A stretch of 64,000 nt of DNA, from the NCBI GenBank assembly GCA_965603825.1, contig CBFDEM010000009.1:1-64000 (forward strand), read 5' to 3'. The notes beneath the pieces are model-generated. The model worked only from the letters and a program-made list of their open reading frames with translations, made no database searches and was not told the DNA's origin. This stretch comes from Blepharisma stoltei ATCC 30299. Its lineage: Eukaryota > Protista > Ciliophora. Below, piece by piece: positions 12,444-23,933 of the stretch (positions within the stretch are counted from its first letter, which is position 1; each line of letters begins with the position of its first letter). Made by a program: the position numbers and the translations under genes.

Positions 12444-13798
12444 TCTTATAAATCCTAATAAGTGTCCTGGACCTGATGGCATTTGTGATGTCCATTTTCC
12501 TGAAGATTTTAATCATATTATTATTAATATTTTTAAAGACTGGTGCAAAAAACAAAGTATTGGAATGCATAATTGTTCCTTTACATAAAAATGGAAATAA
12601 AAATTTGGCTGAAAACTACAGACCTATTGCACTAATAAACTATTTAGTTAAATTATATGAAACCTCAATATTCAAAAAATATCGAAATATTTTGAATGAA
12701 AATATTAAAAGTTATCAATTTGGATTTGTAGAAAGGAAGTCAGCTAAAATACAATATGAAATACTAAACTCATGGATTGATGAGAAATTTAATATTAGCA
12801 AAGTAGATAACGTTTTTCTCCTTTTTATAGATTTTAAGAAAGCTTATGATTATGTTAATAGGAAAATTTTGATAGAAAAACTAGAAAACTATAAAATGCC
12901 AAACGAATTTATTAATGCTATCAAATTAATTTTTAAGGATCAAACTTTAAGAGTATTAAACTCAAAAATGCCTTGAATAAATATTAGCAGAGGAGTTAGA
13001 CAAGGATCACCCTTGAGCCCAATTTTATTTAATTTATATATCAATGATTTATTTGACTTTTTAGAATTGGATAAAAGATTGTTCATAAGAGCTTATGCTG
13101 ATGATATTTTAATTGCTAGTGATGATTATCAATCTATTGCTAAAGCATGTGAGGTAGTGGCAAATTGATGCAATACAAATTATATGGAAATTAATAAAGG
13201 AACAGATAAAACAGCTATTATGATTCTATCTAGAAAAAATGAAATTTGCTTTGATAGGTATGAAGAAAATGATTATGCAAGTTTGACAAAAAGCTATAAA
13301 TATTTAGGCAATGTTATTAAAATAAGAAAAGACGGGAAATTTTTTATTAATCGCTACTCTTTAGAACAATACAGGATAAGATTGCCCAAATTTAGATTTT
13401 GCTTGAATAATATAGCCAGAAGCATTGGACAAGATTCCTTTAATTATAAATCTATTAAAATATTAATTGAAAGCTGCATCAGAGGAAATTTATATGGAAT
13501 GGGAAATATTGCGGAAAGAAACGAAAAGAAGATGTTTTTAACTGGAGAAAAAGCAAAACTTGAGACATGTGTAAGGAAACTATTAAGGAAAGTGTTGCAT
13601 GCTCCTCAATGATGTCCGATACCGATACTGCATCTTATTACCAAAATACCATCTTGCCAATTAATTCTTAGAGAAATCAAAGTTAATAGATTGAAGGAAT
13701 TATGAAAGAATTATAATATTGAAGACTTTGATAAAACTGATAAAGAACTTTTAAAAAATCAATTCTTAAATTGCTCAAGACCAATTATTGAAGTATAA
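12444..13798 (+). mobile_element. Non-LTR (LINE-type) retrotransposon fragment, reverse transcriptase domain
   Basis: Motifs in order: NKCPGPDGI (frameshifted relative to the rest), IVPLHKNG, NYRPIALIN, QFGF, FIDFKKAYDYV, RGVRQGSPLSPILFNLYI, AYADDI, YKYLG. Open to TAA 13798 with UGA=Trp. Confidence 0.93.
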
Positions 13799-14075
13799 AC
13801 ATTCTGACAACAATCAATTTTTTGGGCAAAAGATTGAAGAATCTAATAACAATTGCGACTATTTGTTCATATCAGATGAAAAGTTTAATATTAAAATAAT
13901 AGAAAAGCTTCCCAAAAGCACACACTATTATAACCTTATTTCTTGTTTTTATGATGATTCAATTTTTATATTTGGCTGCTATATATGGAAAGGATTGCTC
14001 TATAATTGTGCTAAAATAAATTGCATTCAGTTCAAAAAAAAATTCATGATAATTATTATAAATTCGGTAAATTAA
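13799..14075 (+). pseudogene. Family copy 8; internal fragment of a third copy-6/7 tandem unit
   Basis: NNQFFG...DYLFISDEKFNIKIIEKLPK...CFYDDSIFIF...CAK, nearly identical to copies 6/7. Lacks the N- and C-termini. Confidence 0.85.
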
Positions 14076-14171
14076 AGATTATTATCAAGTTTATAGAGGC
14101 TGGAATATATGATACCTAATAAGATTAGAGATGACATATAATTAAATAAATTGTTATGAACCTTTATAAAG

Positions 14172-15011
14172 ATGAAATTAAGTTGCCATTATGATAAAGA
14201 GATCGACCAAAATGAAATTGAATCAAAATACGTATGAAAATTTCCCAATTGATGATATTCAAAAGCCATAAAGCGAATTAACTTATCTAACCCTATGAAC
14301 TATTCTTCTTGAACGTATGACTCATCTATTTCTATACAATACTTCAAATCCCTTCCCAATAATCAGGTTTTTGGACTAAACATAGAAGGATATAATCACC
14401 TTCAATATCTTTTTATATTAGATGAGCTTTTCAATTTGAAAAAATTAGAAACTCCAATAAAGATTCCTTTGGCCTATCGCTATCATGCTGCATGCTTTTA
14501 CGATGACTCTATTTTTATTTTTGATGCTCCAGGCTCAAACTGAGAAAGAGGAGTTTGTCGTGCTAGGCGGTATTTCATTAAAGAAAATAAATGAATTAAC
14601 TTGTCAGCCTTACCTTTCGAATGTCCAAAATTATGCTCTGGAATCAAGCAAAAAATTATAATTATAGCAGATACACCTGGAATATGAATATATGATATAG
14701 TTTTGGATTCTTACAGTCAGCATTTTCCGAATGAAGAATGTTGAAATTTATCATCTGAGCAAGTGCTTATCAAATTTAAAGGAAGGATGTATAAGATAAG
14801 CCGGTTAAATGCAAATCATGTTTATTATTGTGATGATCCTTTATCTGCATGAACTTATGTTTGCGCTTTTAAAGACAACCTATTCTGTAGAGTGCTTTTG
14901 ACTCGAACATTCTATGAAGGGTCTATTTATTATTTTTGTCGAGGGACTTTATATGAATTTTCACTTACAAAATTTGAACCAAAACCAGCCAATGCTATAA
15001 TTATGCATTAA
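14172..15011 (+). CDS. Family copy 9 (279 aa, UGA=Trp); missed by the ORF track
   Basis: MKLSCHYDKEIDQNEIESKYVW...YEGSIYYF...YEFSLTKFEPKPANAIIMH*, open frame. Confidence 0.88.
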
Positions 15012-15341
15012 TTTATATAAACTTAAAATATAAATCTTTAATTGAATTATAATGCTTTTCATTGTTGCTCTATATTGAAATAAAAGCAGCCATGTGATGC
15101 TTATTAGTAAAGCCATTTAAAATTAAATTAAATTAAATTAGCGCTAATATTTAAATATCTGAATCAAAATTGATGGATGGCTTCTACTTCTTCAATAATT
15201 TGTAAGCAATAAGTCTTGCCTTCTTCTGAAGAGGTTTATGAAAGTTTGATACTATTTTAAGGCATTGAGGCCGAGATATTTGGTGCCTAATCAAATTATT
15301 TATGTTATATAATCAAATAAGTAATTATAAACCTTATAAAT

Positions 15342-15570
15342 AGCAAATTAAGTTACACATGCGATAAAGAACTCGACCAAAATGAAATTGAATCAAAATA
15401 CATATGGAAATTCCCCAGATCCACGAACCAAAAATCATAAAGCGAATTTACTTATCTAATTATGTCAACGATTCTTCATGGTTAATTAGCTCTTCTATTT
15501 TCCAAATAATCAGATTTTTAGAATAAATATCGATAAAGATAATAATCGCCAATATCTACTCATATCAAGA
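15342..15570 (+). pseudogene. Family copy 10; 5' fragment similar to copy 9
   Basis: DKELDQNEIESKYIWKFP, no ATG, early TAA, breaks off near 15570. Confidence 0.8.
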
Positions 15571-15590
15571 GCTATCATTTATAAATTCAT

Positions 15591-15878
15591 TTCTTAATAA
15601 AAAGGTCTCCGAAGGAGGGTTTACTTTTAAAAGAGGGCAGGTGGTTAAATCGTAAATAAGTCCTCAGGGATGCATTTGCTTGAAATTGTGCACAAGCCAA
15701 TAAATAAATAGATGTTTGGCTGTTTATTATTTCGGATATTCCTTTTTTGAAGGTGAATAGAAAAGTCCCCGGCGATTTTTTACTATAATTAAGAGGGTGT
15801 TTCTCATGTTTCGCTTTTATTTTAGTGTGTTTATTAATTTTTATTTACTGAGACAGAGATATATTGATATTTAAAGCT
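15591..15878. repeat. ~288-bp direct repeat, copy A
   Basis: Near-identical to 16311-16599 (TTCTTAATAAAAAGGTCTCCGAAGG...TTAAAGCT). Confidence 0.95.
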
Positions 15879-16138
15879 GAGTGAAGTCTTTTGTGCAATT
15901 TTGGAGACAATTTATTTAGCGCTTATAAATTTATTACGAAATTTAAATCAATAAATGTAAAAGCTAATTCAAAAAAATAAAATTGCAGCAGTAATTAAAT
16001 TACAGAGCATTTTTAATATATATTGGGAGGTGCAACAACATTCTTATTTATGGAAATATGAAATTAAATTACAAAGTGGATTAAAAATAGCCTTAAATAA
16101 TATCAATTAAGTTTCTCTTTATTTTTTGACAATATATA
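15877..16138 (+). pseudogene. Displaced duplicate of the 3' end and downstream flank of family copy 5
   Basis: Matches 9727 to ~10160 with internal deletions (CTGAGTGAAGTCTTTTGTG..., GTGCAACAACATTCTTA..., TTACAAAGTGG). Confidence 0.85.
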
Positions 16139-16310
16139 GATATATGTTTGCATCAATTTTTGTACAGAGTTTTTAGAGTTTTACCTTTACTTTATGAATA
16201 ACTAAAAATTGAAATTTATTTCCACATCTATGCATCGTGAGGAGATTCTGTACAACTCTGAAGATAGATCTCGTGAAGCCTTCTTTATCGCCTAGCGCGA
16301 TGTTTAATAA

Positions 16311-16599
16311 TTCTTAATAAAAAGGTCTCCGAAGGCGGGTTTACTTTTAAAAGAGGGCAGGTGGCTAAATCGTAAATAAGTCCTCAGGGATGCATTTGCT
16401 TGAAATTGTGCACAAGCCAATAAATAAATAGTGTTTAGTTGTTTATTATTTCGGATAGTTCCTTTTTTGAAGGTGAATAGAAAAGTCCCCGGCGATTTTT
16501 TACTATAATTAAGAGGGTGTTTCTCATGTTTCGCATTTTATTTTAGTCTATTTCTAAATTTTTATTTACTGAGACAGAGATATATTGATACTTAAAGCT
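16311..16599. repeat. ~289-bp direct repeat, copy B
   Basis: Second copy of 15591-15878, embedded in a longer unique insert. Confidence 0.95.
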
Positions 16600-17329
16600 A
16601 AATTCCATTATAATTAGAAGCTATTATTCAAAATTAATGAATTTAATTGTTATTTTATTTAATTGTTTAAAAAGTAAAGTAATTATTTAACTGCTTAAAG
16701 ATCTTGATGTTTTTCCATCCGTAATGGTCCATCTGTCTTCATTATCAGTTGCAGTGTGTAGAATAACTTCCTCGGAGAGTAGATCTGCTATTTATGGTTG
16801 AGGTAGCAAGAGTTGTAAATTCTGTATGTGACTCCTTTAATGCTTTCTGCATAAACAGGTGCACAAACACTTTTTCTTCATATAGCTGCGCTAAAAAGAC
16901 TAAAATGCGTTGCAAAGGCTTTTAGGTTGCTGAAACTTCCTTCCTTAATTGCTAGGCACGGATTTTCCAAATTTTGAAAGTTTTTTCAATTGAAACCTTG
17001 AGGATATTATTGCATTTGTTTCCAATTATTTTAATATCATTTCTTGCAGCGCCATAAAGACCGATGTAGGCTGCTATAATTGCATATATTTTCTCCCTTT
17101 TTTTTTGTAAAGGTCTTTCTTCAGTTGTCATTTGGGTTTCATGAGGCACCAGTCTTTTGAATAGTAGGCAATAGGGACTATTTTGTTTCGATTTCTTTGC
17201 CTTTTCAGGAATAAATCAGCAGCTGCCACTCAATTTCAGTTTCCATATTTTTGTCGGGTTGATTTTCAATCCTTTTGACAGGTTTGGGTAAAGTGTTCAG
17301 GCTTTATTTGTGTGGCATTCCAGTAGACA

Positions 17330-17476
17330 ATATAATAAAGAAGACCTGCAATACTTATTTATAGTGATGAGAATTTTAATATCGCTCTCGCAGTACTTCT
17401 TCATGCGTTCATTATTGCTTTACCTCATGCTTTTATGATGACGCAATATTTATTTCTGAAAGTGAAATTGATTTTA
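17330..17476 (+). pseudogene. Displaced duplicate of the middle of family copy 5
   Basis: Matches ~9267-9424 (ATAATAAAGAAGACCT...TTTTATGATGACGCAATATTTATTT...GAAATTGATTTT). Confidence 0.9.
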
Positions 17477-17477
17477 A

Positions 17478-17918
17478 GGAAATAATTTATTTGAGAATAT
17501 TCTCCATTTTGCCCTGAGTCAATAAATCCATTTCAAAGCATTTCAATTTCTCCTCGCTCTGTAGAAAATTTATAAAAAGCTATATATTTAAGAATATGCT
17601 ATATTATGATTTCATACGATTCAGGAATTGGCTTTCAGGATATTAAAGTCTTGAGAGATAAATGGATTCAGGTTTCATTTCAGTTTGAATTTTGGTATAG
17701 GACGAATGCTAGTATCTCAAATTCGTATTATTTTTAAGTATTGCTGAACCAGTTGTCATATTGGAATCGGAGATTGCAAAAGATAGATTGTTTCCACTGA
17801 AATAATCTGATAAGTATAGCTCATAAGATTCTCCTTCCGTTAACTAATTTGATCCGAGTTCCCTTTGTATCATAATTGAATGTACAGCGGAAAAGAGAAA
17901 TAAACAGCTTACCAGCAT
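17478..17918 (-). pseudogene. Truncated pseudogene paralog of the large membrane protein at 18102-22334
   Basis: MLVSCLFLFSAVHS...RELGSN*LTEGESYELYLSDYFSGNNLSFAISDSNMT versus KELGSLYLTEGEEYELPLSDYFSGDNLSFSIGDTNMT. Internal TAG stops. Confidence 0.88.
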
Positions 17919-18101
17919 TTAATTATTTCAACAGTTAAAGTTTAATTACTTCGAAAGACAGTGCAATAGAAACGAAATTGTTTTCTATGAGTTTTCTAGA
18001 TGCTAGAAAAATATTTGTGATTTTTTACAGATCATTAAATGCATTGCATTATTTATACAAATGCTATTACTATTCATTATAAAATAATATTAATTCTTAT
18101 T

Positions 18102-21100
18102 TTATGCCTTCAATGCTTTTTCATCAAAATATGCTTGAACTATTTTATGCTTTGGCCCGATTCTTTTAGCGAAGTTTAAGCTTGCTGCAAAAACAGCTAA
18201 AATGACAATAAGAATTAAAAATCTTACCAGTCAATAGGTAAAATCTAATAAATTGCTTTGAACTAAAGTCCCTGAATCTATTTCACGTGTAAAATAAATG
18301 GTCGAAGAATTAGCAACACTATTCATATTTTCTGCAGTAATTGTAATGCTGAAATTCTCAGTTCCCCATTCGCTTATTATTTCATTATACTGAGTTTTGT
18401 TCATATTTGGAAATATTAAAGAATTTTGATTTATCTTGAGTCTTTTATATGCAAAACTAGAATAGAAAATTGCAGAAATTTCATTTTCAGTGATAAATTT
18501 TGCTTTTAGCATCATCGGAGCAAAACTAGTGAGAGAGAGATAAACATTAGGGTAGAGATTCGAATTGCTTTGAGATTTTGTATCAAAAATTGTGAGAAAT
18601 AAGGATTTATAATTGAATGTGTGGGCTGCAAAATATCGATTATCCATTGAACATATAATAGGACTATGTGCTCCAATATAGGCACCTTCTGATCATTTCA
18701 AAATATTATAATCAGAGCCTTTTTCAAAATAAATATAGTCTTTTATCTTATAAGACACTATTGTTGAAATAGATGAAGAAAGATATAAAATATCTCCACA
18801 AAGACCAAATGCAATGAAATAGTTATGAATATTTAGATAGGGGAGCTCCCCTACCAAATGACTTCTTTGGTTATTATTAGTTTCTAAAACTCTAATTCCA
18901 TAATTTTTGTCTGCTAGATATCAGTAAGAAGTTTGAGAATTTTTTACCTTGTAATCAAGTGACACAGGGGAAAAAGATGGAACATCTAATGAAAAGAAAT
19001 TTATAGTTTCTAAAAGCTGAATGGTTATAAGATTTTCAATTCATTTTCCTCTAAATCTTAAAACATCATTATAATCAAAAAAGTTATTATCACCCATTGC
19101 AACCATTAGCTCAAAGTCTATTTCAGTTAGTGGGGCAATTTTAAAGCATCATGGTCCTGCAGCAACACTGAATAAACTATAATTTGTAATTTTTAAGCTA
19201 ATAAAATCGATTTCCCACAAAATAAGTGCATTTTCGAGAGCAAATTCTTTCACTGTTTCCACAAAAAGATTATCACTTGCAGTCTGATAATTGCAAGATG
19301 CAACTATTAATGCCAAATTTTTAATTGTATGTGGAAAGGATTCAACTAAAGAGCAAGTCAAGCTCTTGAGATTAGTATGCTCAGAAATATTCAAAAATTT
19401 TTCTTCATCATTAAAGCCTGTTGAATTCACAAAAAGAAAACCATTTTCACTGGCTATCAAAGCTATTTCTGTGCTGGGAAGAATTATATGGTCTTTCATT
19501 CAATTATTTTTTGCTTGATGCTCTCCTACAACTTCTACTCTTTTCGGTATGAAAGCTGGCAAAATTTCTGATTTTTCATCATTAATATTAATTCCATTGA
19601 TATTTAAGCTCATATTTAAATATTGTCCATGAAATGAGCTGCTTAAATCTACCTCAAATCTATTATTATAAGGTAAATTCTCATGGATAACTAATTTTTC
19701 ATTTTCTATTCATGGGAAGCCCCCATCAGCGTGCAACAATAATGAAAAATTGGCTTCCATTTTTTCATGAGCATTATATGCTATTACTGAAAAACTTTCT
19801 TGATAGATTGAGCTCTGTAGACTATCAATGTCATCAGCAATTATGCTAATTTTATAAACATAAGGGAAAAAATCTTTATTTGGAAGTGAGCTCTTGTATA
19901 TTTCAATAAGTTTTGCATCTGGATTATAATTGGTAATCAATAACTCATACCAACAATTTAAGCCTCTAGAAATGATTCCTGGGCTTTGGATTTCAAATGA
20001 ATAGACTAATGCATCATGTGACAATTGACTTGGATTGTATACATAAAAAATTGCACCTATTTGTATAAAAATAATGGATTGATGCACAAAAGCATTTGTA
20101 AGTGGTCCCACTGCTTTAAAAAATATAGTTTTTTCAAGTTGAAAAAGATAATTATAAATTTCAGCTTTGTCTTCATAAATAAGCCCCATTTTTCCTTCTT
20201 CTAGCATCAAAATTTTAAATATTCCTCTCGTTCTTAATGCGAATTTAATTGAGTTTTGCCTCTCAAACATTTTGATAACGAATACTCCAAAATTTCTGTC
20301 AAGTATATAAATAAAACCATTATCCTTGTTTTGAAAAGCATCAGCTATTTCTAACTTAAAATTAATTTGATCCATAATCTCAGTTAAAGAAAACATTTTT
20401 TTTCAAAACCCGCTCCAATTATAAATATTAATTGTTTCATTATTTCCACATAGTAGTCAGCTATTATAGAAATCTAAAAACATGCAATCAATCTCTGATT
20501 CCATTTCTTCTACTAAATTCAATGTTTGCTCATCAGATAAAAGGGTTGATATAAGAAATCTATTTTTATTTGGACTTGAATAAACCACATAATATCCATT
20601 ATTTTCCAACATTTTTATTGGGTTGGCTATATTTAAAGTGAATCTGAAATATTTGGTTCTTTCTAAGTCAATTTTATTATCATAAAAATAATAAAATACT
20701 GAGTCAGAAACTAGAAAATTTTGAAGACCATCAGGAGAGGTAAAGCTTTCTTCTAATTCTAGCCTGGTTATATTAGAAATTTCATATTTGAATTTTTCTG
20801 AATGTGGGAAAATAAACTCATATGTAAGATTTGGCCCTGAAAAATAAGTGGAAGGAAAGAATAATAGCATTGAGTTTTTCTCACTTATTTGTAAATCTAT
20901 AGGCTCAGGCACTTTTAATCGCCCCTCTTCTAGTGCCAAAATCTTATCAGAATTTTTTGGAATTGAAATGACGTTTAAAATATCTGATATTTCTTGGCTA
21001 TCATCGTCTTTTGCTGTAACCTTGACATAAAATAAGTCTCCTACTATTTTTAGTTTCCATTCTTTTAAATTAATTCTATAAGCTTTAAGTCCCTCTTCTT

Positions 21101-22334
21101 CAAATATTTGGAAGTAATATGAATTTTTTTCTCTATCACAAAGTATGCGTGGGATGTTTCTATCACCCTGACTATCTAAAGTTTTCAAATTAATTTTATA
21201 AGCGGCTTCGACTTGATTTTCTTTAGATATAGAAAATATCGACAATATTCCACTAGCTGATTGAAGGAAATAGTAGTTTTGAAATTCGTATCCCTGGATT
21301 CATATATCTTTTTCTGGATTTTTCGAAAATCTTCTTAACCCTAGCTTTCCACCCGCTCTTTCAATTATTATGATTCCTGAGCTAGCTGCTATTATCATTT
21401 TTCCTAAATCTATAAATTCCATTGAATAAAGTTCTCCGAAATAACTTAAATTTATGTTTAATTCTTCTTCAAAAATTTCTAATGGCCAGGTTTTATAAAA
21501 AGAAATAACACCATAATTTGAATCTAAAATGTATATATGTTGAGAAGCTGTTAAGATACTTTTTACAGAAAGGGAACTGCTCATAGATGCTATTTTCTCA
21601 TAATTTGAAATAGCTTGCACTAAAATTGGCTCATGAAAATTACTTATTTCATAAATATACAAAACATTAGGAATGCTTGAATTTTTATGAAATTCGCAAT
21701 AGATGGGAAAATACCTATGCATAGCTCCATATTCCATTAGAATTTTTGAAGCGTAGGTAATTTCATTTAAATTTAACTTTTCAGGGTCGTGGAAAATATA
21801 TCCATCCTGCATTTTAATCATATAGATATCATTTCTTCATAAGCCATTGCTTTCTTGCTGTTTTATTAATACAGCCAGATAATTGTCACCATGATTAGCT
21901 TTCACTGGCGCAACTGCTTGAATTTGAGAGTTTTTGTGCTCTGTGCTTAGAGTTGTACTTCAAATAAGCTTGGTTTCTTCTGTTAACGCCAAAAATTTAT
22001 AAACAGCTAAATAATTTTGACTGAATCCCGCAATAACTTGAAAATTTACATCTTGCCATATTATAGCAGGCTGAGCATCCCAAGAGGGCCAAAATTTCTC
22101 TAGCTTTTCATATGGAGTCGTAGATAAATGATGAAAATCGCATTGGTTTTCTATTCTTGCAGAGCTATTAGTCATGTTGGTGTCTCCTATTGAAAATGAT
22201 AAGTTGTCTCCAGAAAAGTAGTCTGATAAAGGAAGTTCATATTCCTCACCTTCTGTTAAATAAAGACTCCCTAATTCTTTGAGTAGATTTAACGAGCTCA
22301 CGAAAGTTACGAGAATAAAAGACCTGATTAGCAT
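18102..22334 (-). CDS. Large type I membrane/surface protein (1410 aa), function unknown
   Basis: Six minus-strand ORFs share one frame and the gaps contain only TGA. N-terminal signal-like hydrophobic stretch, C-terminal TM (WLVRFLILIVILAVFAASL) and short basic tail. Confidence 0.9.
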
Positions 22335-22527
22335 TTATTAAATTAAAGTCCAGGAATGTGGTGATTTAAATGTTAATCAAATGGTGAATAATTTCAAAGA
22401 AAACGCTTTCTCTTAAATGTGCTTAGAACATTGGAGTTTTTTTTTTCCTTAACAATTTTAACAAGCAGCTAAACTAGATAGCTTTAAATTTATGAGATAT
22501 GCTAATTTATTGTTTTGGAAAAGCCAG

Positions 22528-22620
22528 AAATTACAGAAAGTTCTCATATGCAGTTATGAAAACCTGTATATAAACCCCAAAAATTACAGAAAGATCTCAT
22601 ATGCAATTATGAAAACCTGT
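22528..22620. repeat. Short imperfect tandem duplication (~40-bp core x2)
   Basis: AAATTACAGAAAG(T/A)TCTCATATGCA(G/A)TTATGAAAACCTGT occurs twice. Confidence 0.85.
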
Positions 22621-23056
22621 GCATAAAAGGAGCTTATCACACTAAAATAATAATTATTTGATGCATATTAGTGACTATTATAATTTTTTACGTATAGCCT
22701 TAATGTATCATTTTATAAGAAAAATTTGTCCACTAAGACAAGAAATCTTGAACACCAGAAAAAATTAAAATTCAAATCAGACTTAAATCCTATAAGAAAT
22801 GAAAAATTCATATCCGACTCAAATCTCTCATCATCTTCCCTTATTAAATTTATTATTAATTTCATTTGCATTTAAGAATATGATTCTTTGACAGAAAAAT
22901 TCCAATGATTTATTTTCTCTATGTTTTTTTTAAGGCATTTTTAGTTTTTTTAATTTATGCATCTTCCGAAATAAGATATGTTTTCCTATATTTATCTCAT
23001 ATAAATTGATCAAGCTATTCTTTTATGCATACTAAATTTACATATAGCACATAAAT

Positions 23057-23914
23057 ATGAAATTAAGCCAAATATTCGATAACAAAGTTGACCAAAATGA
23101 AATTAAATCAAAGTACCTATGGAATATCAATCAGAATGGGTCTAAGAAAATCATGCTCAGGGTTAGTTTATCTAAATTTAAAATTGACTCTTCATGAAAA
23201 TCTTCATCATGCCCAATTGGAACTCTAAATTGCATTGCTCTTCCCAATAATAGATCTTTCGGTATGATTATTGAAGAAGAAAACGGCATCCAATACCTAT
23301 TTATAGCAGATAAGTATTTCAACCTCAAAATCATAGAAACTCCCATAAAAGTCACATTTGATCCACGATGTTTTATCTCTTGCTATTACGATAATTCAAT
23401 ATTTATTTTTGAGAACTATTTTAATTTACACCAAGAACTTGGAAAGGCTAATCTTGCCAAGCGATATTTTATTTCACAGAATAAATGAATTTTACTTACA
23501 AAATTCCCTGAAATATATCCAACTACTTGCATTGGATTAAACGAAAAAATTATTCTCTCTGATGATACAACTGGGATATGGGTGTATGATATCATATTAG
23601 ATTCTTATAGCTATCATATTCCTATAAAAACTAATAATAATTCAGCTGAACAAATATTTATTAAAGCTTCAGAAAAACTTTATATGATAATTCGTTCAGG
23701 TATTAACGAGATTTATTGCTGCGAAGATCCTCTATCAGAATGACACTTTGTAAGCAGTTTTAATGATAAAATATTTAGAAGATCACTCATACCTCGTGTT
23801 TATTATAAAGATTCAATTTACTTTCTTACAGGACTAACTTTATATGAATTTTCACTAAAAAATTTTGAGTCTAAAAAAGTCAAAAAATTAATTAAAGAAG
23901 CATTTTTGACGTAA
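23057..23914 (+). CDS. Family copy 11 (285 aa, UGA=Trp)
   Basis: MKLSQIFDNKVDQNEIKSKYLW...YEFSLKNF...FLT*, single frame. Confidence 0.88.
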
Positions 23915-23933
23915 ATAATATAATAATATAAAT

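Noticed and set aside
12444-13798. Diversity-generating retroelement or retron driving variation of the surrounding gene family
   Set aside because: The RT has LINE-type motifs (PGPDG, YRPI, QGSPLSP, YADD) and is truncated and frameshifted. I found no template/variable repeat pair with adenine-specific differences, and the loop variation includes indels.
15591-16599. LTR pair of an LTR retrotransposon
   Set aside because: No TG...CA ends, PBS or PPT. The interior is host gene-family sequence, and copy B is part of a longer insert.
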